Of a DNA stretch of 42,897 nucleotides, positions 28,576 through 35,565 are shown in pieces. The translations under genes were made by a program, and so were the position numbers. Position 1 is the first letter of the stretch. The number at the start of each line of letters is the position of its first letter. The stretch lies in the IMG/VR virus record IMGVR_UViG_3300021437_000006, positions 1 through 42,897 of that record; one strand, given 5' to 3'. The notes under the pieces were generated by a model that ran no database searches, was not told where the DNA came from, and worked only from the letters and a program-made list of their open reading frames with translations. The stretch comes from a virus.

Positions 28576-29278
28576 CGTTTCCTCCTATGTTTAGGCACCA
28601 GTTTCTTATTGCGGCGCCAGTTTGTTCATTAATTTTAAAAGCAGGTTTATCCTGAAATAACCCCGTATTGTCTTTGCTCGCCTTTGCTAAATTTCCATCC
28701 TGATCAAGGTCAAGCTGCAAAATCCATTTGTATTCCGTATCATCCCTTTGGATATCCTTAAGGCCAACTTTCTTAGGAACTTGCTTACCGCTTGAGCTTG
28801 TTTCTAGAATATAATCAGTCTTTTTCCTAACCGTACAAATAATATGGATTGGAGATTGTAAAATTTTATTAAAAACTGCATCATGCTGAGGAGTAACCTT
28901 TTTCCAAGCGGTGTATGAGTTTTTTGTTACTTCGCTTACAGAAGTGTGAACATCAAGAGCCCCGCCTGTTCCAGCCCACTCATCGCTGATTGAATCAATA
29001 ATTAAACACTTAATTCCAGACTTTTCTGCGATATCAATCACTTCAATAAATTTCGCAGGCGAGTATGGTGGCTCAAGCTCCATAACCTTAAACTTACCAA
29101 TTTTATCAAGATAGCATTGAGCGCGTCCGCTCTCGGTTTGTGCAACGCCAACGCTAGACATATCTGAAACAATTCCCTTCGCGATTAAAAGTGCTCCAAA
29201 GGTCTTTCCAGATCCTGATTTTCCAGCCAAGGCCATCTTCATTCTTACATCTGATTTTTTTGCTTCCTTAAATTCCAT
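28559..29278 (-). CDS. Sak4-like/AAA_24 RecA-fold ATPase (single-strand annealing accessory)
   Basis: Walker A is ALAGKSGSGKTFGA and Walker B is CLIIDSISDEW. The ATG at 29278 has AAAGGTG upstream; the ORF track opens at GTG 29287. Confidence 0.75.
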   Translation of the reverse strand: MEFKEAKKSDVRMKMALAGKSGSGKTFGALLIAKGIVSDMSSVGVAQTESGRAQCYLDKIGKFKVMELEPPYSPAKFIEVIDIAEKSGIKCLIIDSISDEWAGTGGALDVHTSVSEVTKNSYTAWKKVTPQHDAVFNKILQSPIHIICTVRKKTDYILETSSSGKQVPKKVGLKDIQRDDTEYKWILQLDLDQDGNLAKASKDNTGLFQDKPAFKINEQTGAAIRNWCLNIGGNDVGNK

Positions 29279-30176
29279 CGATTTCACCTTTCATTAATTT
29301 ATTTACAGCCCATGCCGGAGGATCGATAACCGGAGTCTCGAAGCCTTCAGTTGGAAAATATCCGCGCCAGTTGTCTTTTTGAATTCCATCCGCCAGCGCC
29401 GAAACTGCGGCAAGCCACTTACTGTGCCCAGTTTCCCAGAACCCATCCCCAACGGCATATACTTGAGTCACATATGGAGCCTCATTTTCGATAACAATAA
29501 AATATGCTTTTGGAGTAATATCCATTACCTGTTTAAGCCCTTCACGATAGTGAAATAAACTTAAATCATAATGCATATTATAAGCATGCCGAGCAAACTC
29601 TTCAGGCTGCGCTGATGATGTTGTTTTTACTTCACACCAATGAAGACTAGATGAGTGATCGAGTTTCGCTTTAAAGTTCAAATTAGAAAACGGACAGGTC
29701 CAAAAAAATGCAGCCTCTTTTAATCCAGGCTCTAAAAGTTTAACAACTTCTTTATTTGCTAGCGCGGAAGAGCGCATGGCTCTCGCCTGAATTAACATTT
29801 CATCAGTAACCGGTTGTTTCCCTGCGTTTTTAGAAAGTATTTCCTCTTTCGCCGCTTTTCCTTCATTGGTCCTTAAATTTAAAGACGGCATTAAAAAGAA
29901 ATCTTTTTCAAATTCATCCGGAGTTAACAACAATGTATGAACCAATGAACCAAGAATCATCGCCTTTGATGGCTCTTCCGGTTCAGATGGTTTCATATAT
30001 TTTTCTTTAAAATGAGCCGGAGATGTTGAGTGCATAAACTTCAAATGAGTCGATGACCAATAATCTTTAAGGCTGTGATATGCATTATTATTTAGGTTTT
30101 TTACAGCACCCTTGAAAGCTCCACATTTAGATGCAGCAACAAAAGACGCATCTGTGGCATCAAATATTTTCGCCAT
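29268..30176 (-). CDS. PD-(D/E)XK exonuclease (exonuclease VIII/RecE-like fold)
   Basis: GSLVHTLLL, KLDHSS..WCEVKTTS (a D...ExK motif) and HYDLSLFHY. The ATG at 30176 is preceded by GGGAGGG; the ORF track extends to 30209. Confidence 0.7.
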   Translation of the reverse strand: MAKIFDATDASFVAASKCGAFKGAVKNLNNNAYHSLKDYWSSTHLKFMHSTSPAHFKEKYMKPSEPEEPSKAMILGSLVHTLLLTPDEFEKDFFLMPSLNLRTNEGKAAKEEILSKNAGKQPVTDEMLIQARAMRSSALANKEVVKLLEPGLKEAAFFWTCPFSNLNFKAKLDHSSSLHWCEVKTTSSAQPEEFARHAYNMHYDLSLFHYREGLKQVMDITPKAYFIVIENEAPYVTQVYAVGDGFWETGHSKWLAAVSALADGIQKDNWRGYFPTEGFETPVIDPPAWAVNKLMKGEIDGI

Positions 30177-30198
30177 TTTCCCTCCCGAAGAAATAAGC

Positions 30199-30228
30199 TT
30201 GCGAGACATAAAACTAACTGCTTACAAT
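30199..30228 (+). promoter_or_regulatory. sigma70-like promoter for the VRR-NUC gene
   Basis: TTGCGA-N18-TACAAT. The -10 element ends 10 nt before the ATG at 30239 and there is no SD, which implies a leaderless or near-leaderless mRNA. Confidence 0.4.
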
Positions 30229-30238
30229 TTATAAATCA

Positions 30239-30778
30239 ATGACTAATGAAAAAAGGCAATCAACAATTGACGCAATAAATCGGCATGCCCAGCGCCAATT
30301 AGACGCAGCAAAACCGAAAGAGCCACGCGCATCCAATAAAACACCAGAAAAAGATGTTGAAAAAGAATGCTTAAAATGGATGCGCGAAAAAGGATGGTCC
30401 GTTGAAATATATGAGGCAAAAGCGGTTTGGTCCGCATCTGCGCAAAGCTGGGTGCAAAAGGGCATGAAGGCCGGAACCTGCGACTGCATGGGATCTACGG
30501 ATGAGGGCATTAGCGTTGCTATCGAATTTAAGGCAAAAGGAAAGCTTTCTACCTTTAATAGAACAGGAAATTTCCTACAGAGAAAATTCATTGTAGATAA
30601 AATAAACTCACAAGCTTTTTCTTGCGTGGTTGACTCAGCCGATAGGCTAGAGACTATCTACACTCGCTGGAACATGATCCGATCTAATGACAAAGTAGCT
30701 GCTAAATTATACTTAATATCGATGCTTCCAGAAGATAAAAAATCTGGACTTGAGGATGATGCTCTTTTTGACGAATAG
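30239..30778 (+). CDS. VRR-NUC family nuclease
   Basis: 179 aa. EKECLKWMREKGW ... GTCDCMG...ISVAIEFKAKGKLSTFNRTGNFLQRKF fits the VRR-NUC pattern E..., G.pD, ExK..g.LS..Q. It is the only plus-strand gene between 27709 and 36983. Confidence 0.7.
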   Translation: MTNEKRQSTIDAINRHAQRQLDAAKPKEPRASNKTPEKDVEKECLKWMREKGWSVEIYEAKAVWSASAQSWVQKGMKAGTCDCMGSTDEGISVAIEFKAKGKLSTFNRTGNFLQRKFIVDKINSQAFSCVVDSADRLETIYTRWNMIRSNDKVAAKLYLISMLPEDKKSGLEDDALFDE

Positions 30779-30854
30779 AGCGTGAGCCGTCCATTGTTTG
30801 CTTCCCCTACTACGTTTGAAGCGGTTCGAGCGTTTCTGACAGCCCTTGGGCGGC

Positions 30855-31103
30855 TCATCTAGCTTTTAAATAATCATCAAGCTCTTCGCACATATCTCTT
30901 TTCATCGCATCAACCAAATCTTGCTCTGGTAATTGAAGCGCAAAGCAAAGCCTGCTAATAAATCTTTTAGGTATTTTTCTTTGCCCGTGCTCTATCCAAG
31001 ATATGAATACAGTCGTAACACCTAAGCGATTGGCAACAAATGACTGCGAAAAACCAAGTTTTAACCTTTGGTTTAAAATCATCTCAGCAGCTTCACATTT
31101 CAT
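30855..31103 (-). CDS. XRE/Cro-type helix-turn-helix regulator (Aca-like position)
   Basis: 82 aa. LNQRLKLGFSQSFVANRLGVTTVFISWIEHGQRKIP is a classic HTH_XRE pattern. It is the last gene of the small-ORF operon, joined to the upstream gene by an ATGA overlap. Confidence 0.85.
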   Translation of the reverse strand: MKCEAAEMILNQRLKLGFSQSFVANRLGVTTVFISWIEHGQRKIPKRFISRLCFALQLPEQDLVDAMKRDMCEELDDYLKAR

Positions 31104-31267
31104 TTTATTTTTTTAACCTTTTTTATCTTAAGTGGCTGATGCGTAAATCGCTCCGGTAAGTCTTTAGGAGTATCACGATTCCATTCATCAAATGTCTTTT
31201 GTGTGATCTTTCCAGCTTTAAGAAGTTCTGCAAATTTCGCTCTTTGTTTTTGACTAACAAATGGCAT
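31100..31267 (-). CDS. unannotated 55-aa conserved-looking small protein
   Basis: My own translation is MPFVSQKQRAKFAELLKAGKITQKTFDEWNRDTPKDLPERFTHQPLKIKKVKKIK. TAATG overlap upstream and ATGA overlap downstream. It falls below the ORF-track size cutoff. Confidence 0.55.
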   Translation of the reverse strand: MPFVSQKQRAKFAELLKAGKITQKTFDEWNRDTPKDLPERFTHQPLKIKKVKKIK

Positions 31268-31491
31268 TAATTTCCTACCTTTAATTTACCGCAATAAAAG
31301 CATGCCTTACAATTATGAAGATACATTGGTTTTATCCAGTGATGGAAGCCAAAAATACAAAGAATTTCTCTCACTTTCCACCTTTTAAAATTGTCAGAAT
31401 GATAAATAACGAAATAAAAAACACAGATACCATAACTATGTAAATCATATTTCCTCCCTAGAAAATAAACGCATATCCATCTTTGCACCAC
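31267..31491 (-). CDS. Cys/His-rich small protein, start uncertain
   Basis: 74-aa ORF with a GTG start and no SD. The C-terminus is ...CIFGFHHWIKPMYLHNCKACFYCGKL. Its stop is coupled by TAATG to the next gene. Confidence 0.35.
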   Translation of the reverse strand: MVQRWICVYFLGRKYDLHSYGICVFYFVIYHSDNFKRWKVREILCIFGFHHWIKPMYLHNCKACFYCGKLKVGN

Positions 31492-31592
31492 AACATATCA
31501 TCAACGACTTTATCCACTCCACCCCTGTCGTTGCATAGGTGTGTGGGTGCGCTTGAGCATCCGGTTAGGATTAGGAAAATAAGGAGTTTCAT
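31458..31592 (-). CDS. unannotated 44-aa lipoprotein
   Basis: My own translation is MKLLIFLILTGCSSAPTHLCNDRGGVDKVVDDMLWCKDGYAFIF. It has a canonical lipobox L-T-G-C after a hydrophobic core, an ATGA overlap with the upstream gene and GAGGA upstream. Confidence 0.5.
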   Translation of the reverse strand: MKLLIFLILTGCSSAPTHLCNDRGGVDKVVDDMLWCKDGYAFIF

Positions 31593-31771
31593 TTCTTCTT
31601 ATCCTCAATTTCAAGAGCCCACCTAAAAATCTGGCCACATATTTTTTGCCTAGAAAGTTTGTATGGCTTTCTTATCTTATCCATTTTAGTTAGCCACGAT
31701 TTCCTAATTCTAATCTCAATTAAACATTCTGGATCATAAACAAATTTAGTTTTTGGCTTAGTCAGTATCAT
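31589..31771 (-). CDS. small basic hypothetical protein
   Basis: 60-aa ORF in the coupled operon. Confidence 0.5.
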   Translation of the reverse strand: MILTKPKTKFVYDPECLIEIRIRKSWLTKMDKIRKPYKLSRQKICGQIFRWALEIEDKKK

Positions 31772-32087
31772 TTTTCATCCCCACTTTCTTTCTGAGGTCT
31801 GCGAGTGCGTCACATGTAAATTTGTATATGTCTGTCTCGGTCATCACGGGGTCTTTTTCGCACCTTATGCACTCCCAGTCAGAATCCTCAAGGCCTTCTT
31901 TTACAAGAGCTAGAGCATCAACCAAAGGCAGCGTCAGTTCGATTGCTTGGTTGAAGCTCATTAGGTATGTCTCAAACTCAGTTTGCCACTCCTCTTCTTC
32001 AGTCTTTACATTGAAATATTTGTTTGCGTATTTAGTTGCCATCTTCTCGCCATACGCTTGCAGGGCTTTTTGTAGTTGTGTGGTCAC
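31758..32087 (-). CDS. hypothetical acidic protein
   Basis: 109 aa with a GTG start in a GTGA overlap with the upstream stop. Confidence 0.55.
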   Translation of the reverse strand: MTTQLQKALQAYGEKMATKYANKYFNVKTEEEEWQTEFETYLMSFNQAIELTLPLVDALALVKEGLEDSDWECIRCEKDPVMTETDIYKFTCDALADLRKKVGMKNDTD

Positions 32088-32302
32088 TCAATCACCTCAA
32101 TTTCAGATATAGTCATTTCCATTTTAGGAATAAAGCCAGCTAAACCAATGATTGCTTTATATCTAGCATCGACCGTCGTCTGTGCCTTTTCTCTGCTCAT
32201 GAAATATTCCTCGCGCTTGGTTGTTCTAGGTGCGCGATAACTAGAAATGCAAGTTGCTGGGTCATCTGCTACTTCTGATGTGGTTACTTTAAATATTTTC
32301 AT
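32084..32302 (-). CDS. hypothetical protein
   Basis: 72 aa from ATG 32302 (MKIFKVTT...), preceded by AAGGGAGAAT. The ORF-track N-terminal extension lacks an RBS. Confidence 0.5.
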   Translation of the reverse strand: MKIFKVTTSEVADDPATCISSYRAPRTTKREEYFMSREKAQTTVDARYKAIIGLAGFIPKMEMTISEIEVIE

Positions 32303-32333
32303 ATTCTCATTCTCCCTTCGAGTAGTTGTGTGG

Positions 32334-32525
32334 TCATTTGAGCCTCTCAACTTTGGTTTTTCTTCTCTGAATGGTAAGCTGAATAATTTCTTTATTTGGT
32401 AAGAAGATGCGCAGAATCTGAAACTTAGGATACTTATTGGCTTGTGAGCAACTTCTCTCAACTAAAACATCTCCCCATACAAAACCATAGTCATTATTTC
32501 TTATTTCAAACTTAGCATCGCTCAT
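32334..32525 (-). CDS. hypothetical protein
   Basis: 63 aa from ATG 32525 (MSDAKFEI...), preceded by AAGGGAGAAT. Confidence 0.5.
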   Translation of the reverse strand: MSDAKFEIRNNDYGFVWGDVLVERSCSQANKYPKFQILRIFLPNKEIIQLTIQRRKTKVERLK

Positions 32526-32529
32526 CCCC

Positions 32530-32682
32530 TCATTCTCCCTTAGCTGCTTTGATTTTTGCCTTGAGTGTTGCGACATCATTTTCGATGTCTGTCGCTGTGT
32601 ACCCAATACATTGCAAATAGTAATTAAGTGCCTCTTCCATGTTTTCAAATTCTTTTAGCAAGTCTTCTAATGTGATTCCCAT
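32530..32682 (-). CDS. hypothetical acidic protein
   Basis: 50 aa from ATG 32682 (MGITLEDLL...), preceded by AAGGGAGAAT. Confidence 0.5.
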   Translation of the reverse strand: MGITLEDLLKEFENMEEALNYYLQCIGYTATDIENDVATLKAKIKAAKGE

Positions 32683-32695
32683 ATTTATTCTCCCT

Positions 32696-33109
32696 TCATG
32701 CCTTAGATTGGCCTTCGACTCCACGGTCTTCTCTATCCTTTGTTCTCTTCTCTAGCCACATCAAACACTCATCGAGCTTAGTAATGGCCATCGAGTTTTC
32801 ACGACAAGGAAAATTCTTATTCAAACCTTCAATGATGATTTTTGCCGCTGCGATGATTTCATTCACCTGGCAACCATTGATTCCGACTTCCTTGATTGGC
32901 CCGTTTTGAATAGTAAATGCCAATGAATTAACATCGTGTCTTACATAGATGAAATTGTGAGGTCTGATATCTTTCTCAAACCACTTGTAGTCCATTGCGC
33001 CAGACTCATTGAATTTGTCTGGATACATGACTTTCAATTCATCCATCACAACCACATGGAATTTACCGATTTTTTCTACACCTTTAAGTGTTTCTAGTGC
33101 CATCTTCAT
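32696..33109 (-). CDS. conserved-looking phage protein of unknown function
   Basis: 137 aa. The C-terminal segment NGPIKEVGINGCQVNEII...FPCRENSMAITKLDECLMWLEKRTKDREDRGVEG looks like a recurrent phage family that I cannot name with confidence. Confidence 0.6.
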   Translation of the reverse strand: MKMALETLKGVEKIGKFHVVVMDELKVMYPDKFNESGAMDYKWFEKDIRPHNFIYVRHDVNSLAFTIQNGPIKEVGINGCQVNEIIAAAKIIIEGLNKNFPCRENSMAITKLDECLMWLEKRTKDREDRGVEGQSKA

Positions 33110-33612
33110 TCTCCTTGTTTAGTTTCGTTCATAATTTTGTCTGCTGATTCGAGTGCTTTCTCAATTTCTTCATGTAAATCAAAACCTCTGTGTTCTCCGT
33201 TTGAATAGTGTTCAGTGATAGTCCCACATTCACAATAGCGACTCTGAAACTCCAACCCACCCCGCAGCACTTCATTCGCAGCGCGGAGTTTCTGGTTTTC
33301 GGTGCGAGTTAGATTTTCAATGTGCTTAACTTGTTGCATTTCTCTTTTTAAATTCTCGCACTCATTCCATAGCCTGACTGCATCTTTGTTTTTCAGCTCA
33401 GCCTCTAGCCTAGCCTCTCGCTCTGAGCCTATACCGTTTAGGCGAGCTTGTTCTGCTACTTCTGCCTCAAGTTGCTCGATTCTTTTTTGCTGTGCAATCT
33501 GTTCTGAATCTAAATGTGAGGGCAGGTCTGGTATGAGTCCACCACACATTAGGCATATATTGTTTAGTGGTTGTCTTGCTGAGCATCCGCAGTAATATTT
33601 TTGCTGGCTCAC
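33106..33612 (-). CDS. zinc-ribbon plus coiled-coil protein
   Basis: About 168 aa from GTG 33612, with GGAGG 7 nt upstream and a GTGA overlap. The N-terminus YYCGC...NICLMCGG is followed by a long heptad-like Glu/Leu/Arg region. Confidence 0.55.
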   Translation of the reverse strand: MSQQKYYCGCSARQPLNNICLMCGGLIPDLPSHLDSEQIAQQKRIEQLEAEVAEQARLNGIGSEREARLEAELKNKDAVRLWNECENLKREMQQVKHIENLTRTENQKLRAANEVLRGGLEFQSRYCECGTITEHYSNGEHRGFDLHEEIEKALESADKIMNETKQGE

Positions 33613-33713
33613 TCCGCAGCCTCCCCACAGATAGGACAACTATTCTTTCTGTCCAACCATTGCTCTAACCAATAATCGAGCCTGTACAATAACTGCTCCT
33701 CATCAGAAAGCAT
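33609..33713 (-). CDS. possible 34-aa micro-ORF
   Basis: My own translation is MLSDEEQLLYRLDYWLEQWLDRKNSCPICGEAAE. It ends in the same 17-nt sequence as the upstream gene. The RBS is weak. Confidence 0.3.
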   Translation of the reverse strand: MLSDEEQLLYRLDYWLEQWLDRKNSCPICGEAAE

Positions 33714-33748
33714 TATTAAATAGCAAGCTTCTAACACTAAAGCGTCGT

Positions 33749-34066
33749 TCACTCCGCAGCCTCCCATGTTGCAGGTTTAAGTTTAATGCCGCATTTTTTG
33801 CAATATATTACATGAGCAAAAGGCTGCCCAATTACCTCGTGATTACAAGCTTCCTTCACCAGCTCCTCGATGTTGAATAGGATGGCTTTGTGGGTGTCTT
33901 CAGTTTCTCGCGCTCTGTACCATGCAAGATATTTACCAAGAACGCCATAAACCACTGTGCATTTAGCTAGATGCTCGTCTAGTAGGTGGTTGGCTGTGGC
34001 AGCAATAATATTTGTGTGGGAAGGCAGTATATTTCGAAAATCCTCTGGCTTGAATCTGAATTTCAT
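33749..34066 (-). CDS. hypothetical protein with a C-terminal CxxC knuckle
   Basis: 105 aa with an ATGA overlap upstream. It ends ...EACNHEV..HVIYCKKCGIKLKPATWEAAE. Confidence 0.55.
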   Translation of the reverse strand: MKFRFKPEDFRNILPSHTNIIAATANHLLDEHLAKCTVVYGVLGKYLAWYRARETEDTHKAILFNIEELVKEACNHEVIGQPFAHVIYCKKCGIKLKPATWEAAE

Positions 34067-34272
34067 TGCTGCACCTTTACATCTAAGACTTCGGCAGACA
34101 CTCCAACAAACGAGTCAGGCCATAATTGCCTATCATCTGGAATGTTAACCTCTATCCAGATACGCTTTGCCTCTGGTGATTTTTTAAATGAATTAGCGAG
34201 AGATTCATGCGTAAAAGATCCGTAAACTTCATTCATGTTTGGATATCTATCCATAAAGAATTTAACTTTCAT
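34063..34272 (-). CDS. hypothetical protein
   Basis: 69 aa from ATG 34272 (MKVKFFMDRYP...), which forms an ATGA overlap with the micro-ORF upstream. The ORF track opens at 34332. Confidence 0.45.
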   Translation of the reverse strand: MKVKFFMDRYPNMNEVYGSFTHESLANSFKKSPEAKRIWIEVNIPDDRQLWPDSFVGVSAEVLDVKVQQ

Positions 34273-34361
34273 AATTTTACACCAACCACACCGCAAGCCT
34301 GCATCACCAGGATGCTCGTCGCTATGTAGCACATGATTATGATTAAGGTTGTGGCTTTCAT
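34269..34361 (-). CDS. unannotated 30-aa hydrophobic peptide
   Basis: My own translation is MKATTLIIIMCYIATSILVMQACGVVGVKL. There are ATGA overlaps at both ends and GGGGA upstream. Confidence 0.4.
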   Translation of the reverse strand: MKATTLIIIMCYIATSILVMQACGVVGVKL

Positions 34362-34654
34362 TTCTTTTCCCCGAGAAACATCATTGTCTTTGTTCTTATA
34401 TTTGCGGTGTCTGTTTCATCAAATGAATCCATAGCCATGTCTCTTATAGCAAGCGCGGCTAGTTGATGAATCGTTTTTTCCTCTATGTGCTTCTGCAACC
34501 CATCAGCATCATATCGACCATCGCGCGAAGAATATTCTCTAACACTGGATGTATGCACATATCTTTGTGCCCATTCGTGCAACATTTTTTCTACCATTCT
34601 ATCTGAAGACATTCTTCCAATAGTAAATAATTCGTGTAAAGGGTCTCGTTTCAT
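34358..34654 (-). CDS. hypothetical protein
   Basis: 98 aa from ATG 34654 (MKRDPLHELF...), in an ATGA overlap with the upstream stop. Confidence 0.55.
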   Translation of the reverse strand: MKRDPLHELFTIGRMSSDRMVEKMLHEWAQRYVHTSSVREYSSRDGRYDADGLQKHIEEKTIHQLAALAIRDMAMDSFDETDTANIRTKTMMFLGEKK

Positions 34655-34818
34655 AGTTTCCACCATTTCTCTTCATGAAAGTGACCATTCTTATCAATCC
34701 ATATAAATACAAATAAATAATCACCAATATACATTCTTCGGTATTTATTTTTTAATATTGCCAACTTATAAAATGGAGTAACAATAAGCTCCCTATAAAT
34801 CCACTCAGACCCGCTCAT
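34651..34818 (-). CDS. hypothetical protein
   Basis: 55 aa from ATG 34818 (MSGSEWIY...), with GGAGG 8 nt upstream and an ATGA overlap with the exonuclease stop. Confidence 0.5.
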   Translation of the reverse strand: MSGSEWIYRELIVTPFYKLAILKNKYRRMYIGDYLFVFIWIDKNGHFHEEKWWKL

Positions 34819-35351
34819 TTGCATGCCTCCGGATTTTTCTTCCAATACTCTATTAAATAATTTGCCTGATTTTTTGCATCGTCCAAGGCGTTATGCTTTA
34901 CACCCTTAAACTGACCACCAGCTTCAATACCAAAACATGATTTCATCGTGCGATAGCACCTTGTATTATAATACAACCAGGGGAGCTTATGGCCCATCGA
35001 TGCATAAATATGCTCGATAATTGAAATATCAAAATTAGCACCATTTCCCCAAGCGCGAAGCTGAGAAAACCCAGAGCAGAAATGACCAAGGGCTGGAATA
35101 AACTCATCAAGCATAATTCCTTTTTGATTTATTTCAGAAAATGTCACTTTTGCATTTGCACTCTGAGATATCCACCACGCAATAGTATCACCAGTAACCG
35201 AACGACCGCGCTTAATCTGATGATTTATGTCGAAAACCCAATAACCTTCTTTCTTAATTCCATCTAACCCAAAAATTACAGCGCCAAGCGATACTACGAC
35301 CGCGTTTGGTTGAGTGCCAAGTGTCTCAAAGTCCAACATTATGTGATTCAT
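34815..35351 (-). CDS. DEDDh 3'-5' exonuclease (DnaQ-like)
   Basis: 178 aa. ExoI is MLDFETLG and ExoIII is HNALDDAKNQANYL. The size and motifs are typical of stand-alone phage 3'-5' exonucleases. Confidence 0.85.
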   Translation of the reverse strand: MNHIMLDFETLGTQPNAVVVSLGAVIFGLDGIKKEGYWVFDINHQIKRGRSVTGDTIAWWISQSANAKVTFSEINQKGIMLDEFIPALGHFCSGFSQLRAWGNGANFDISIIEHIYASMGHKLPWLYYNTRCYRTMKSCFGIEAGGQFKGVKHNALDDAKNQANYLIEYWKKNPEACK

Positions 35352-35565
35352 TCTCTTCCTTACCCGCTCCGCAGAGCATATTTAAAAAATTGTCAGCCGC
35401 CTTATTCGCAATCGCGTGAACTCCTAAATGCCTATGATGCCGATCAAACTCATCAACGAAAGCCATTGCGATATTTGCGCGCCACGAATACCGATATCCT
35501 TCACACTTTTTTAGCTCTGATATTAATACTGCTACCGCGGCACGCGCATTTTCCTGGTCACTCAT
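35326..35565 (-). CDS. hypothetical protein
   Basis: 79 aa from ATG 35565 (MSDQENARAAV...), with GGAGG upstream and an ATGA overlap. Confidence 0.5.
   Translation of the reverse strand: MSDQENARAAVAVLISELKKCEGYRYSWRANIAMAFVDEFDRHHRHLGVHAIANKAADNFLNMLCGAGKEENESHNVGL

Noticed and set aside
30229-30591. 120-aa minus-strand ORF that would keep the region collinear with the neighbouring operons.
   Set aside because: No motif and no RBS. The overlapping plus-strand frame carries clear VRR-NUC motifs and a good promoter.
30819-30835. T-arm-like element aagcg-gttcgag-cgttt inside a roughly 75-nt inverted-repeat-bounded segment, which raised the possibility of a tRNA.
   Set aside because: No D-arm or anticodon arm can be drawn. 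The terminal stem is 11 bp rather than 7, and the T-like arm is not adjacent to it.
31371-31448. Alternative-frame 25-aa TM peptide (MIYIVMVSVFFISLFIILTILKGGK) with a strong GGAGG RBS, and a possible frameshift at the T6 run into the 74-aa Cys/His-rich frame.
   Set aside because: The T-run does not form a canonical X XXY YYZ heptamer in the starting frame, and I cannot decide between the two frames by eye. It is reported only as uncertainty about the start of 31267..31491.
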